From NCBI RefSeq assembly GCF_000142905.1, contig NW_013657662.1, forward strand, positions 124,001 through 188,000: a stretch of 64,000 bases of DNA, read 5' to 3'. This DNA comes from Thecamonas trahens ATCC 50062. Lineage: Eukaryota; Protista; Apusomonadida. Shown here piece after piece: positions 43,297-52,907 of this stretch; position 1 is the first letter of the stretch, and each line of letters starts with the position of its first letter. The notes below the pieces were generated by a model, which saw only the letters and a program-made list of their open reading frames with translations, was not told where the DNA came from and did not search any database. A program made the translations under genes and the position numbers.

Positions 43297-45909
43297 CTAG
43301 TTGTTAGCCGGCGGCCACCGGTCAAGGACCGACTTTTTCTGCGGCGCCTTGCCTGCTGTCGATCGAGCCGACGAGGCGGCTGGTGTTGTTGTCTTGGTCT
43401 TGGACGACTGCCACTTGTGGACCCGCGGATTGCCGGTCCCAGAAGAGGCACTCGGCGATGTCGAGCTGGATGAGGCCGTCGTTGGAGGCGCAGGATTGGG
43501 CCGCGACTGCGACCAGGGCGGCGCAGACTTGCCGGAAGCCCTGGTCGAGGCAGGTGCAGCGGCAGAACCGCTGGGGCTTGTGCTGGCGCCGCCAGGAGGC
43601 GGCGGGACCGGCCGGCCGCGGGCCCGCGTGCTGGCGGCCTTGCTCGCCGACGCCTTTGGAATGTTGGCGGATGCTCGTCGCGGATTCGGCGGCGGCGGGT
43701 TATCCCGTCTTGAGCTCGCGCCGACGGTTGACGTCCGGTTCCAGACTCGGCCACTGCCGGTCGAGACTGGCGCCGAGTTACGCTGGGCGCGAGCTGGTGC
43801 TGGTGCCGGAGCAGGCGCAGGTGCTGGCGTTGCGGGCATGGGTCTACTCGACGTCGCACCCGAGGGTGAGGCGGCCTTGGCCTTGGCGGTCGCCACTTTC
43901 GAGACCGAGCGTGTCGGCGCCGGCGGCGGCGGACGATTGCGGATGGCCCCCTTGAGCGATTTGCGCGACGAGGTCGGCGGCGGTGGGGGCATCTTGCCGG
44001 CAGTTGGTGAGCGCGACGGCGAGCGCACCGGCGACCGGGCAGGCGTCGCCGGCGGCGGATTCTTCCTGAGCGAAAGCGTCGGCGTCGACGATGACAAGCC
44101 CGGCCGTGAGTTTGCGAGCGAGCTGTGCGACGTCGGACGCGAGGAAGCAACCGACATAGGCGGGCGCGAGGTGCGGCCCGGCGGCGGCGGCTGGGGCTTT
44201 TTGCGGGCAAATCGGTTGTTGGACAACGGAGCCGACGAGGCGTCCAGCGAGCCGCGGCGGCGGCGGCTGGCGGCGGCGCCAGCCGGCGCCGGCGGTGCGC
44301 CCGAGCCCGGTGGTGGCGGCGGCAGCGCCTTGCCGATGGTGAGCGAGCGGCGCTTGTTGGCGCGCAGCGACTTTTTGGCGGCCTCGTCGAGATCCTCGGT
44401 GTCGTCAATGGCCGCAGAGGTCTTGATGAGGACCGGGCCGGTAATGAGCCCGCCTTGCGCCGAGCACTCGTTGACCAGCCGCGAAACGTCGGCGTACCAC
44501 TGGCGAGTGGTCTCGACCGAGTCGGGCGAACCAAATAGCATTTCCGAGCGCTCCGACATGTTGACGAGCCGGAAACGCCCAAGCGAGTCGCCAGAGTTCT
44601 CGGTGACAAGCAGCGAGGCGAGAGGGAGGAGCGACTTGAGCTGGTACTGCTTCTTGCCAAACGACTTGCGGGCAACAAGAATGAGCTGGTCGGTGAGGAG
44701 AAAGGCGTACCGCTCCTTGGCCTTGGAGCCTTCGACGACGACAACTTCGCCCTCGCGGACCATCGAGCGGAACCGTTGGACGAGGCCGTGCTTCTCGGCG
44801 CCGTCGATGGACTCGATGACGTCTTTCAGCTGCTGAAACGCCTCATCCTTGCGCTTGGCCTCGTTGATCGACGAGAGCACAGCCTCGATGGCCTGTGACG
44901 ACGCATTGAGGTCGGCAAAGTCGGCCGAGTCCTCGTCGGTCTTGCGGATGATTTCGCGGAAGAGCAGCGGGTACTTGCAGATGCGCTGGACCGGCTTGAT
45001 GAGGAATGAGTCGATTGAGAGCCCGTTGGTCTTGGGCTGCGACGCGCAATAGATGAGAAACGTCTCCAGGCGCGAGCCGTCGTAGTTGTACCGCTTGGTG
45101 ACGAGGCCAGACCGCGGGTGGTTGATGCAATACTTGGTGTATGCAGGGCCGAGAGTCTCTGCGTGCTTGATGAACACGTCACCAATGACGTCGACAATCG
45201 GTGACTGCTCTTGCCGCGCCTCCAAGTCCTTCAACAGCGCCTCGTGGAGTGGAATGAGCTCCTCGACGTTGCAGAACATGGTCTGCAGCGCGTCGGCCGG
45301 CACAATCTCTTCGGCCTTGTCCACCCGCTGTCGCATCGGTACCAGGTAGTCGTTGACAATAGTCCGCAAGTCCTCCAGGTACATGCCTTCGGTGACAATA
45401 AACTCAAAGATGGCCTCCTGTCGCTGCATCTCGCGCTTGTCGAGGTGGCTCACATCGAGCGACTTTTCCTCCACAATGTCCTTGAACCGCTTGACCGCAG
45501 CCTTGGGCGCGGACACGATTTTGACCGTGTTCGACGTCTCGCTACCGTCCTGTTCCGACAGCTTGCGGAGCTTGGTCTTGAACGCCCTTTCCTTGACCTT
45601 GACCTCGAGCGGGCCACCAGATTGACCATCGGGAGCATCCTCGCCGGCGCCATCAGTTGCGACTGGTTCGCCGTCACCGACCGTTGCCGGGGCACTGGTG
45701 GTCGACGCGTCGAGCTCGTCGTAGTATCCAATGTACGACGCCGGAACGTAGCCTGTAGTGCCGTCGTCGAGGCCGATGACGACCCAGTCCGGGTCGTCGT
45801 CAAGCGGGTCGACAACCTCGAAGACCTGGTTGTAGGCAATGCTCAGCTCGCCCTCGCCGCGCGCCTCGTAGTCGTACAGCCCGTACGCCCACACCGGATC
45901 AGCAGACAT
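43297..45909 (-). CDS. SH3-DH-PH Rho guanine nucleotide exchange factor with proline-rich C-terminus
   Basis: GLYDYEARGEGELSI...W...GYVPASYI (SH3); RQEAIFEFIVTEGMYLEDL and FLIKPVQRICKYPLL (DH); ERYAFLLTDQLI...W (PH). Confidence 0.92.
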   Translation of the reverse strand: MSADPVWAYGLYDYEARGEGELSIAYNQVFEVVDPLDDDPDWVVIGLDDGTTGYVPASYIGYYDELDASTTSAPATVGDGEPVATDGAGEDAPDGQSGGPLEVKVKERAFKTKLRKLSEQDGSETSNTVKIVSAPKAAVKRFKDIVEEKSLDVSHLDKREMQRQEAIFEFIVTEGMYLEDLRTIVNDYLVPMRQRVDKAEEIVPADALQTMFCNVEELIPLHEALLKDLEARQEQSPIVDVIGDVFIKHAETLGPAYTKYCINHPRSGLVTKRYNYDGSRLETFLIYCASQPKTNGLSIDSFLIKPVQRICKYPLLFREIIRKTDEDSADFADLNASSQAIEAVLSSINEAKRKDEAFQQLKDVIESIDGAEKHGLVQRFRSMVREGEVVVVEGSKAKERYAFLLTDQLILVARKSFGKKQYQLKSLLPLASLLVTENSGDSLGRFRLVNMSERSEMLFGSPDSVETTRQWYADVSRLVNECSAQGGLITGPVLIKTSAAIDDTEDLDEAAKKSLRANKRRSLTIGKALPPPPPGSGAPPAPAGAAASRRRRGSLDASSAPLSNNRFARKKPQPPPPGRTSRPPMSVASSRPTSHSSLANSRPGLSSSTPTLSLRKNPPPATPARSPVRSPSRSPTAGKMPPPPPTSSRKSLKGAIRNRPPPPAPTRSVSKVATAKAKAASPSGATSSRPMPATPAPAPAPAPAPARAQRNSAPVSTGSGRVWNRTSTVGASSRRDNPPPPNPRRASANIPKASASKAASTRARGRPVPPPPGGASTSPSGSAAAPASTRASGKSAPPWSQSRPNPAPPTTASSSSTSPSASSGTGNPRVHKWQSSKTKTTTPAASSARSTAGKAPQKKSVLDRWPPANN

Positions 45910-46319
45910 AGCAGGAGCTCGAGGGGGGGTGCGGGGGGGGGGGGGGGGGGGGGGAGGGGCTTCTGCCTGGCTCGGTCGCGGACCTGCTTGACCCGTTGAA
46001 GGCGGTGGCGGTGCGGGGGTTGGGTCGGCACGTGGGTGGGTGCACGGGGTGTGGTAAAGGCGCGCCGAAGGAGGTCTTCTCTGGGGCGTGCGCGGGGCCG
46101 AGGTTCCTGTGTGGGTGGGGTGGAGAGGTGGAAGTGGACAGGGTGGCCGGAGTAAGGGAGGAGGGGAGGAGGGTGAAGAGGGGCCACTGGCCCTCGCCGC
46201 CGTGCGTTCCGCCCAGCTCCGAACGAACGGAACAACGACGGGCACGTGGCTTGGGCATGCAGGTGCGACTGTGGCGAAAAATATTGAGCTCTGTCCATCG
46301 ACGAGTTCTTTTCAATTCG

Positions 46320-48557
46320 CTACGACTTGGTCTTGCCCTTGGACTTGCCCTTACCCATGGACTTTGACTTGCCCTTGGACTTGGCCTTGGACTTGCCCTT
46401 GCTCTTGCCCTTGTCCTTGCCCTTGGACTTGGCCCGACCCTTGGACTTGCCCTTACCCTTGGCTTGGGGCCTGGACTTGGACTGGGGGCGATCTGGAAGG
46501 ACTGCCTTGGCTTTGCCGGCATCGGTTCTTGAGCGCCGACGGCGGCTTGACTTATGGTCCTTTGTGGCCGTGGTGGCATGGGTGCCGGCGTTGGCGTCGG
46601 CTGTGGCGGCAGCTGCAGTGGTATCCTTGTCCTTGTGTCGGCGTCTGTGCTTCTTTTCTGGCGCAAGTGCCTCGGCATCGGTGGCGGCGGTGGGATCGGC
46701 CGTCGGCGAGGGGGCTGCATCGGTGCCGCCGTTGCGCTCCTTGCGTTTGCGCTTGTGCTTGCGAACCTTCTTCTTCGATAGCGTGGGTGTTGGTACGGCG
46801 GAAGGATCGAGATCGGCTGCAGTCACGGGCTCAGCTTCGGCCCCAGCATCTGCCTTGGGCCCGGAATCGGCTGTAGCCAAAGACTCGGCCTCGGCCCCAG
46901 CATCTGCCTTGGGCCCGGAATCGGCTGTAGCCAAAGACTCGGCCTCGACCCCAGCATCTGCCTTGGGCCCGGAATCGGCTGTAGCCAAAGACTCAGCCTC
47001 GACCCCAGCATCTGCCTTGGGCCCGGAATCGGCTGTAGCCAAAGACTCAGCCTCGGCCCCAGCATCTGCCTTGGGCCCGGAATCGGCTGTAGCCAAAGGC
47101 TCAGTCTCGGCCTGGGGCTTGGCTTCGGTCGTGCGCCCCTTTCGCTTCCGCTTCCGCCTCCGCTTGTGCTGGTACGTCTCCCTCGACACGCCCCCCGAAG
47201 CCTCAACCTGGGCAGCAGGAGCGTCCTGGTGCCTCCGCCTGTGTTTGCTCTTACGAGTCAAAGCCGGGCGCTCCGCCGGTTCTGCCTTGGATCTCGCCAC
47301 TGGCACACCGCGATACAGCGCGTAATGGTCACCACAGTCGGCGAGGGCCAGTGCGTGGCGGACGCGTGCGTGGCGAACTGTAGCCGAGGGAGGCGGTGGG
47401 AGCTCGGCGGAGCGCGAGCGCGCGACCACCGTAAGCGGGAGCGTGATGCGGAGCTTTGGCCCGAGCGCGGCAAAGAATAGATCTGCCACAACCATAACGT
47501 GCGCTGGAAACGTCGACGACTCGGCAACGCCGGCGTCGACAGCCTGGCGCTGGCTGCGGGTGAGCCCAATGAGCTTGCGCTCAAACAGGCCATGGGCATC
47601 CCATGCACCGGTGACAAGCAGGCGCCGACCTTTGGTGCTCGCCTTGTACTCGAGCGGCATCATTCGGCGCGGATCAAGCTCGTGGCCCTTGCCGGCAAAG
47701 AGCCCAACAACCTGGGCCTCTCCCAGCGGGTCGGGCACGCCGGCCTCGAGCTTGAGCGCCAGACGCACTCGCTTGTCCACCCGCCGGCGCAGGTACAGGA
47801 CGCCGTCAACAGCATGCGCTGCCCGCCAACCATCGTCATCTCCTCCGCGCTCCTCGATCCACACCGCAGCGCCCACAACCAGTGCGTCGCCAGAGAGCGC
47901 GTCGCTGGCAGTGCAGACCCGGTACGTCGGCTGCGCGTACGTTATAGCCACGCTGTCAGGTGGCGTGTCTATGCCGTCAGCCGCATAAGGCGAGCGCGAG
48001 CCGGCAAGGGTGCGGGTGAGATCGACGTGATACGAAGAGAGCGCCGACCGGAGCTGGGCCCGCGCCCGCGCCGGCGACACCGCGTGCAGTGCCAGCCCGT
48101 GCGGCAGTGCCAGCGTCCTGCGGAGGACAATTGAGCGCATCTGCGACCACAGCAGCATCGCCATGCCCAGAATCGACCCATCCGGCGTCCAGTGCGGAGC
48201 AACATCAACACCCAGCACGTCCGCGAGTCGCTGCCCTGCCCTCAACCCCGCCCTAAGAGCCGCATCCAGCCCGGCTGAGTGACCGCATCCGCCGTCATCG
48301 TCCCCATCGCCAGCGCTGCCTCTGTCCATCGGCTCGCACCGGGTCGACGTCCGGATCGAGACCAGAGCAGAGCGAGTGAGTGCAGCCAGTGCCTCTGCAA
48401 GCGCGGCAAAGCCCTTCACCAAGCCCGCCGACGGTGGCGGGAGGGCCGGACAGGTGGCAGCGAGGTGGGAAGCCAGCTGCGGCAGCATGGCCCTGCAGTC
48501 AAAGGCTAGTGCGCCCAGGCTCACTGGACACCCGCTTCCCTTCGTGGCGCCTTCCAT
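46320..48557 (-). CDS. Uncharacterised protein with 18-aa tandem repeats and Lys-rich (KGKS) tail
   Basis: Long ORF; repeats ADSGPKADAG(A/V)EAESLAT; basic clusters resembling nuclear localisation signals. Confidence 0.55.
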   Translation of the reverse strand: MEGATKGSGCPVSLGALAFDCRAMLPQLASHLAATCPALPPPSAGLVKGFAALAEALAALTRSALVSIRTSTRCEPMDRGSAGDGDDDGGCGHSAGLDAALRAGLRAGQRLADVLGVDVAPHWTPDGSILGMAMLLWSQMRSIVLRRTLALPHGLALHAVSPARARAQLRSALSSYHVDLTRTLAGSRSPYAADGIDTPPDSVAITYAQPTYRVCTASDALSGDALVVGAAVWIEERGGDDDGWRAAHAVDGVLYLRRRVDKRVRLALKLEAGVPDPLGEAQVVGLFAGKGHELDPRRMMPLEYKASTKGRRLLVTGAWDAHGLFERKLIGLTRSQRQAVDAGVAESSTFPAHVMVVADLFFAALGPKLRITLPLTVVARSRSAELPPPPSATVRHARVRHALALADCGDHYALYRGVPVARSKAEPAERPALTRKSKHRRRHQDAPAAQVEASGGVSRETYQHKRRRKRKRKGRTTEAKPQAETEPLATADSGPKADAGAEAESLATADSGPKADAGVEAESLATADSGPKADAGVEAESLATADSGPKADAGAEAESLATADSGPKADAGAEAEPVTAADLDPSAVPTPTLSKKKVRKHKRKRKERNGGTDAAPSPTADPTAATDAEALAPEKKHRRRHKDKDTTAAAATADANAGTHATTATKDHKSSRRRRSRTDAGKAKAVLPDRPQSKSRPQAKGKGKSKGRAKSKGKDKGKSKGKSKAKSKGKSKSMGKGKSKGKTKS
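46836..47110. repeat. Coding minisatellite, 5 x 54 bp, near-identical
   Basis: CCGGAATCGGCTGTAGCCAAAG recurs at 46861, 46915, 46969, 47023 and 47077. Confidence 0.95.
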
Positions 48558-48700
48558 CCGCAGGTGGGGGGGGGAGAGAGGGGTGGCGCCAGCAGGAGCG
48601 AGAGCGCCAGGGGTACGGCACTCACGGGCCACGCCATGGCACACCCACGAAATACACCACGACCGCGACCACGCCCGCGTACACGCCACTCACCACGCAC

Positions 48701-49657
48701 ATGCTGCGCTTGTCACTCCCACTGCTGCCGCTACACATGCCTGTCCTCTCGCTCGGCCTGCTGGTCTCTGCTGGCTTCCGCGCCCAGAGCAAGTCGGGCG
48801 GAGCTGGCGAGGTGCTTCCAGCCGATGGCCATGCTGGGCTACCGCGCCCACTCCCGCGGCCGCTGCGCTCGCTAAGCGCGGTTCTCCGGGTAGGGGAGGA
48901 CGAGATGGCGCGCATAGCTGCCGCGCACCCGCCGATGCAGTCGAGCTACACCGATGACGAGCCACTGCGCCCGGCGCTCAAGACGCTGACCAAGACGCTC
49001 CCGCCTCTGGCGAGCCTGCTCGCCGCCGACGGATGCGAGGCGGCGTGTGTGGCGGTTGGCAGAATGCTCCGCGCGTATCCACCTCTGCTTGATGCAGCGG
49101 CAGCACCAGAGGCGGCACATGCAGTGGAAAGCAACTACGCCGTCCTCGCGCGGCTGTACAACGAGGTGCTGAGGCGAGAGTCGGCGACACTCGACGCTGA
49201 TCTGCTCGCCAAGCCGCGGGTACTCTTCCTGCCGCCGGACAGGCTGGCATCGACAGCAAGCGCGCTGAGTGCGGTTGTGGCCGATGCCGATGCTGGTGTT
49301 GTGCGCGAGACGCTCGCCCTCCCACGTTCACACTATCGGCCGGTCCACGAGAGTGGCGAGGTGCTGCGAGCGAGCTTTGCGCTCGAGTGGCTCGTCCGCA
49401 AGCGCGGCGGGCTCGGCTACTCTGACTTTGCCACCATCGGTCTGCCCAAGACTCCATCGGCGCTGCGCAAGCACCGTCGGCGGTCGTGGCGCAAGCTGCG
49501 GCTCGATGCGGCTACAGGGCGGGCCGCTGACCCGGCGCGGACCGCGCGTGCGCTCTCGGCCAAGGTTGTCGATTCTGCCGCCCACGCCAACCGCCGAATC
49601 CAGATGCGCAAGCGGAAGCGGAAGAGAAAGACGAAGCGTCTAGACTGCCAAGCATAG
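48701..49657 (+). CDS. Hypothetical protein, possibly organelle-targeted
   Basis: ORF filling the space between flanking genes; MLRLS start; basic C-terminus; no confident family motif. Confidence 0.45.
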   Translation: MLRLSLPLLPLHMPVLSLGLLVSAGFRAQSKSGGAGEVLPADGHAGLPRPLPRPLRSLSAVLRVGEDEMARIAAAHPPMQSSYTDDEPLRPALKTLTKTLPPLASLLAADGCEAACVAVGRMLRAYPPLLDAAAAPEAAHAVESNYAVLARLYNEVLRRESATLDADLLAKPRVLFLPPDRLASTASALSAVVADADAGVVRETLALPRSHYRPVHESGEVLRASFALEWLVRKRGGLGYSDFATIGLPKTPSALRKHRRRSWRKLRLDAATGRAADPARTARALSAKVVDSAAHANRRIQMRKRKRKRKTKRLDCQA

Positions 49658-49678
49658 CAACGTTTAATCAAGGCTCGT

Positions 49679-51009
49679 CTAGCCGTCGGTCCGCGACGAC
49701 TTTGAGCGGCGCTTCTTGCGCGACGAGCGCGACTCGGGCGAGTCGGCCGACGACTCGTTCCGCGACGACTTTTTCCTGCGGCGCGACTTGTCACCGGTCG
49801 GGCCGGTCGGCTTGCTCGACAACGACTTGGAGGCACGGGCACGGGCAGCCTCGGGATCGATGATGGGGTCGATGGGTTTGTCGGGTGAGTGGACGAGGTC
49901 GAGCTCGGCCTTGCCGTGGTAGATGGCATCCTCGGCGTCGCGGGCGGCACGGTCTGTGACGGCACGGAACTGGTCGACATATGCGGCGAGCAGGCGATCG
50001 TATCGGCCCTCGGCACGGGCAGCGGCAGCAGCGGCAGCGATGTCGTCTTCCGAGTCCCACGAGTCATAGTCCTCGTCGAACGAGCGCAGGTCCAGAGGCG
50101 GCAGCGCGTCGGGCTCGTCGTCGATGTGCTCGAGCGCCTTGAGGCGCGCCTTGCGAATATGCTTGGCCTTTTCCTGGTTGACCGAGATGAGCTTGGGGTT
50201 GGAGAGGTAGTAGAAAAAGTCCAACACGCCGCGGAGCTGCGAGTTGATGGTGGCGACGGTCTTGAACTCGTCGAGCGTGATGACGCCATCATGGTCCTCG
50301 TCGGCAGTGGCAAAGACGGCGTCGACCTGCGCAGCGGTGTGCTCGGGCGTGTCGGCCAGGACAGCCATAGACTCGGAGACCGGCATGCACAGCGCGTTGG
50401 CCAGCCGGACCGAGTGCCGCAGCATCTGCGCCACCTCGTCGCGCGAGAGTCGCCCATCGCCGTTCGAATCAAATACCTTGAATGTGGCCTCGATCTTGGC
50501 CTCGCGCGTCCCAGTCGCCACCAGCGCCGTGTACATAGCCAGCTCTTGAAAGTCGATCGAGTTGGAGCCGTCCACGTCAAAGATGCGGAAGAAGAGCTCG
50601 GCCGTGTCGGGTGCGGTGCCCAGGTGCAGGCAATGCTCCACAAACACCTCTTTGGTGATCACCTCTAGGTCGCTAGAGCCACCTGACAGCGCAGCCAGCT
50701 CCTGAAAGTAGAAGAACAGCTTATCCACCTCCTTCTGGTCCACTGTCGCCGTCCAGCCGCCCCATAACCCATGCCCCCCCACCAGTCTGTGAGTCACGCA
50801 GCCAGCCGAGTCCGTCGCTCGGCTCAACTCGCCAACCGCCCCTCCCTGCCCCCCCCCCTCCCCCCCCCCCTCCCCCCCGCCCCCGCCCCCGCCCGCAGCA
50901 GCAACATACGCTTAGTAGCCTTCATCACCTTCTTGGCCATGCTCTTGTCCAGTGGCCCCTCATCCTCAGAGCCAGAGCCGTGCTTCTTGCTGCTGCTCCG
51001 GTTGCCCAT
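49679..51009 (-). CDS. N-myristoylated 4-EF-hand calcium sensor (CBL/NCS-like) with long charged C-terminal extension; exons 51009-50910 and 50742-49679
   Basis: MGNRSS (MGxxxS); phase-1 intron GTATGT...GACTCAC...ACAG gives ATKLDQKEVDKLF; EF loops DVDGSNSIDFQE, DSNGDGRLSRDE, DEDHDGVITLDE; non-canonical EF1. Confidence 0.85.
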
Positions 51010-51461
51010 GGTGTGACCGGCTGAACCGAGAACAGAGAGTGCCGTGTACCGCCCCGACGCCCTGCCCACACCACGCACACATCAGACACACACACCCAGC
51101 TACCCGCTTGGCGACTTGAATTCTTTCAGAATCTCTTGGCAGACACTGCCAAACGGGACAACATACGCTGTCGATAGGGAAGGGGATGCGCGCGTTTCGC
51201 CTTCATCGCCTCTCATGTCTGCCATCGTCACGTCGTGTCGCCATCAACAGGCGCTTCCGCTGCTGGTACCATCATCGCCATCAACGCCTCCTCGATCAAG
51301 GCCCTTGCCTCGGGAAGTGAGAATATTTTTGACAAAACGGGACGATATGCTCTGAAGCGCAGAGTACGCGGATGTCGCCGAGCATGCCGCAGTCCACTGC
51401 CGCCATCTCGTGGGCCGTGGTCACCCCCACCTCACCCCCAACCTCCTCTCAAAGGCCTAGC

Positions 51462-52733
51462 ATGGACCCAGCCGACAGCCGTGCGGTGGCGGCCTTCCAG
51501 AAGTTCCTGCAGACGCGGACAGACCATCCTGCGCCGGACTACGCGGCGGCGGTGGCGTTCCTCGTGGAGTACGCTCACGAGCTGGGCATGCCGGAGCCTC
51601 GGGTGGTCGATGGCCTGGTGGCAGACAAGCCGATGTTCCAAGTTGTAGTGGTTGGGACAGAGAATGAGGCGCCTGCGCTGCTGCTCAACTCGCACATGGA
51701 CGTGGTGACGGCCGATGCTGATGCGTGGGATCATCCGCCGTTTGATGGTGTCATCGCCGACGGCCGCATCTACGCCCGCGGCACACAGGACATGAAGTGC
51801 GTGACCATCCAGCAGATGGAGGCACTCTCGCGTCTGCTAGCTCGTGGCTGGACGCCCGCACGGTCGGTTGTCCTCACGGTTGTGCCCGATGAGGAGATCG
51901 GTGGCGTTGACGGCATGGCCGCCCTCCTCTCGTTCACTGTGGAGGAGGCCGCGGCACGGGCGGCGGGCGAGGCGCCGGGCCCGGTCACCATTGCCGGCCT
52001 GCCCATCGGCTTTGCGCTCGACGAGGGCCTCGCCAATCCGACGCCTGGTCACTACACCGTGTTCAACGGCGAGCGCGCGCCATTTTTTGTCGACGTCACT
52101 GCCACAGGCGCAACCGGCCACGGCTCGCGGTTCATCGAGGACACCGCCATGGAGAAGCTCATCGGCTTTGCCAACAAGGCCCTTGCCTTTCGCGCCGAGC
52201 AGGCGGCCAAGCTCCATGCCTCGGGCTCGTGCGAGGGTAAGAAGCTCGGCGATGTCATCACTGTCAACCTCACCATTCTCCGCGCTGGCAAGCTGCACAA
52301 TGTCATCCCGTCCGAGGCCCGCGCCGGCCTCGACATCCGCGTCCCACCCACTGTGGGCTACGACGAGCTCCGTGCCCTCCTTGACGATTGGACCGCCACC
52401 GATGGCCTCTCGTACACCTTTGCCTACGAGCCGCCGCTCAACTCTCTGACTGAGACCTCGTCCTCGCCGTGGTACGCCGCCTTTGAGCGCGCCGTCCACG
52501 CCGCCCATCCCGACGCGGTCTGTCAGCTCGAGGTCTTCCCCGCCGCCACCGACTCGCGCTACCTCCGTGCGCTCGGCGTCCCCGCCATCGGCTTCTCGCC
52601 ACTCGCCGGCGAGCCAATCCTCCTCCACGATCACAACGAGTCAATCGCTGTCTCCACCTTTATCTCGGGCATTGCCGTCTACGAAGCGCTCCTCACCGAG
52701 CTCACCGCCGTCCCGCTCCCCGCCCCGATGTAG
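51462..52733 (+). CDS. ACY1: Aminoacylase-1 (M20A metallopeptidase)
   Basis: LLNSHMDVV, IYARGTQDMKCV, VPDEEIGG, LDEG, GHGS, FPAATDSRYLR, LLHDHNE. Confidence 0.93.
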   Translation: MDPADSRAVAAFQKFLQTRTDHPAPDYAAAVAFLVEYAHELGMPEPRVVDGLVADKPMFQVVVVGTENEAPALLLNSHMDVVTADADAWDHPPFDGVIADGRIYARGTQDMKCVTIQQMEALSRLLARGWTPARSVVLTVVPDEEIGGVDGMAALLSFTVEEAAARAAGEAPGPVTIAGLPIGFALDEGLANPTPGHYTVFNGERAPFFVDVTATGATGHGSRFIEDTAMEKLIGFANKALAFRAEQAAKLHASGSCEGKKLGDVITVNLTILRAGKLHNVIPSEARAGLDIRVPPTVGYDELRALLDDWTATDGLSYTFAYEPPLNSLTETSSSPWYAAFERAVHAAHPDAVCQLEVFPAATDSRYLRALGVPAIGFSPLAGEPILLHDHNESIAVSTFISGIAVYEALLTELTAVPLPAPM

Positions 52734-52907
52734 TAGTAGTCCTCCCCCTCCCCTCTCTCCCGCTTGCGGCCCACACTTATCCAACCAAACCACCGCCCAC
52801 CATTCATCAGTCACCATTCGTCATTGCGTGGCATTCCAGCTGCCACCGGTTGACACCTCGCTACCACCGCATCCCATTCATTCGTTCGCTTCAGCCGCCT
52901 TTTCGCC

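Noticed and set aside
46836-47110. Regularly spaced repeats resembling a CRISPR array
   Set aside because: Contiguous tandem units with no unique spacers, in-frame within a CDS, with no cas genes and a eukaryotic context.
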